From Vicugna vicugna (taxonomy: Eukaryota), in NCBI GenBank assembly GCA_013265495.1, contig MU063499.1, positions 1,736,001-1,800,000 on the forward strand: a DNA stretch of 64,000 nt, read 5' to 3'. The notes beneath the pieces are model-generated. The model did not search any database. It saw nothing but the letters and a program-made list of their open reading frames with translations, and had not been told where the DNA came from. Below are positions 62,851 through 64,000 of this stretch, piece by piece (position 1 is the stretch's first letter; each line of letters starts with the position of its first letter). A program made the translations under genes and the position numbers.

Positions 62851-64000
62851 TTGAGTGGGCAGGAGGAAGGTGCTGAGAAGCCTGTGACTTTTCCAGAGGT
62901 GCTTCTCCTGGTGGGGCTTGATAGCTATAGCCCTGCCAGAAGTGTCAGATCAGTCTCCAGCGGTTGAAATCAGGGAAGCTTTGGTCACTTCTCATTTAAA
63001 AGACCCTGGCTAACGGGAAGGAATCTGCATTTTAATAATATTTTGAATGGGTTGGTAAAATAGGAACAGATGGTTAAAGTTTGTCATTTTAGGGAAAATA
63101 ATGAAATATTGCACTGCTTAATCTGTCTCTTTTTCGCACTCTTCCCTATCCGCTCCCCACCACAAAGATATTCACATGCAACAAAATCTAAAGCAAAATA
63201 CTAATAATATCTTTGTCACTTAGGTCTCTTCACCTGAAAGGACTCTCTGTCAGCCATCTCTGTGTTAACCTACTCTGTTAGTCCTTTATTCCAATGTGTT
63301 ACCTCCTGAGAGGAGGTTTCCTAAAAGGTGTTGCTTTGGGGGAACCTAAGGGGTGATGGTGAAGTGAGACTAGCTTGGGTGTCTTTCTGCCATGAAGGAA
63401 ACCATCTCTGTAGATGTTGATTAATCAGAGCAGACTCGCTCTTAGATGAACCTAGCAGGCAGAGATGAGTTGGGTAACATGTATTCTGAGCCTTCTATCC
63501 ACCTGCCCCTGGGCTGCAGATGGGCATAAGTTCTAGGTGCAGGCGCTTCCTGATCAGAAGGCATAATGTCACCACTATCACCTGCACTTTGTTTGCAATT
63601 GCCGCTATCCCCACTGCATTTCTCTAGGATTTTCCCATCATTTTGCTTGGACAGAGCATCAGATGAGATCACCTGCTGGGAGAGGGAAGTGGGTGCTGCT
63701 CTGGCACCATGGCCAGAAACTCTTGGGAGAGTGAGCATCGTGTACCACTTGCCTATTGCTTGCTGACTTCAGTAGCAAGAGTCTCCAGGATGCTCCTGGA
63801 TAAACATCATCTTTGTGGCCACACATTGTTTTATGAGCTGAGTCATCAGACTGGCTGGCTCCTTAAATGCTGCTGTCTGATTCACCAGGCAGCAGAAAAC
63901 ATGGAGAGAAGATATGAAGTATAGCTCATTGAGCTTTGTAGAGGGCCAGTTTTATTTCACAAAGGTGATAAGGGATTTATCATTATGAAGTTTGCTTATG

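Overview
Mammalian genomic DNA (GC-rich, intron-containing), probably camelid judging by two tRNA-Ala-derived SINEs resembling the camelid Vic-1 family. It holds two complete genes arranged head-to-head. CISH is on the minus strand: 3 coding exons at 14889-14870, 11549-11329 and 11093-10570, giving 765 nt / 254 aa with SH2 domain and SOCS box. MAPKAPK3 (MK3) is on the plus strand: a non-coding first exon ending at 20264, then 10 coding exons from 20615 to 45749, giving 1155 nt / 384 aa with an intact kinase domain. Every splice junction was read by hand; all are GT-AG and phase-compatible. Both genes have CpG-island promoters and AATAAA signals, and the CISH promoter carries the four known STAT5 GAS sites. 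The rest is intronic or intergenic, with many MIR and L2 relics, L1 fragments, a Tigger-type MITE, an MLT1 relic, an ERV solo LTR, microsatellites and a 132-N gap. Almost all ORFs in the supplied track are non-coding noise. I found no new protein-coding system. The best leads are regulatory or evolutionary: (1) a second dense STAT5 GAS cluster about 7-8 kb past the CISH 3' end; (2) a perfect (TTAGGG)4 tract in the CISH termination zone; (3) a start-less, donor-less remnant of the alternative CISH first exon known from human; (4) nested, TSD-bounded SINE insertions; (5) candidate CTCF, ETS-IRF and intronic enhancer motifs. Repeat family names and comparisons to human are from memory and need confirmation by search. 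Repeat boundaries are approximate.
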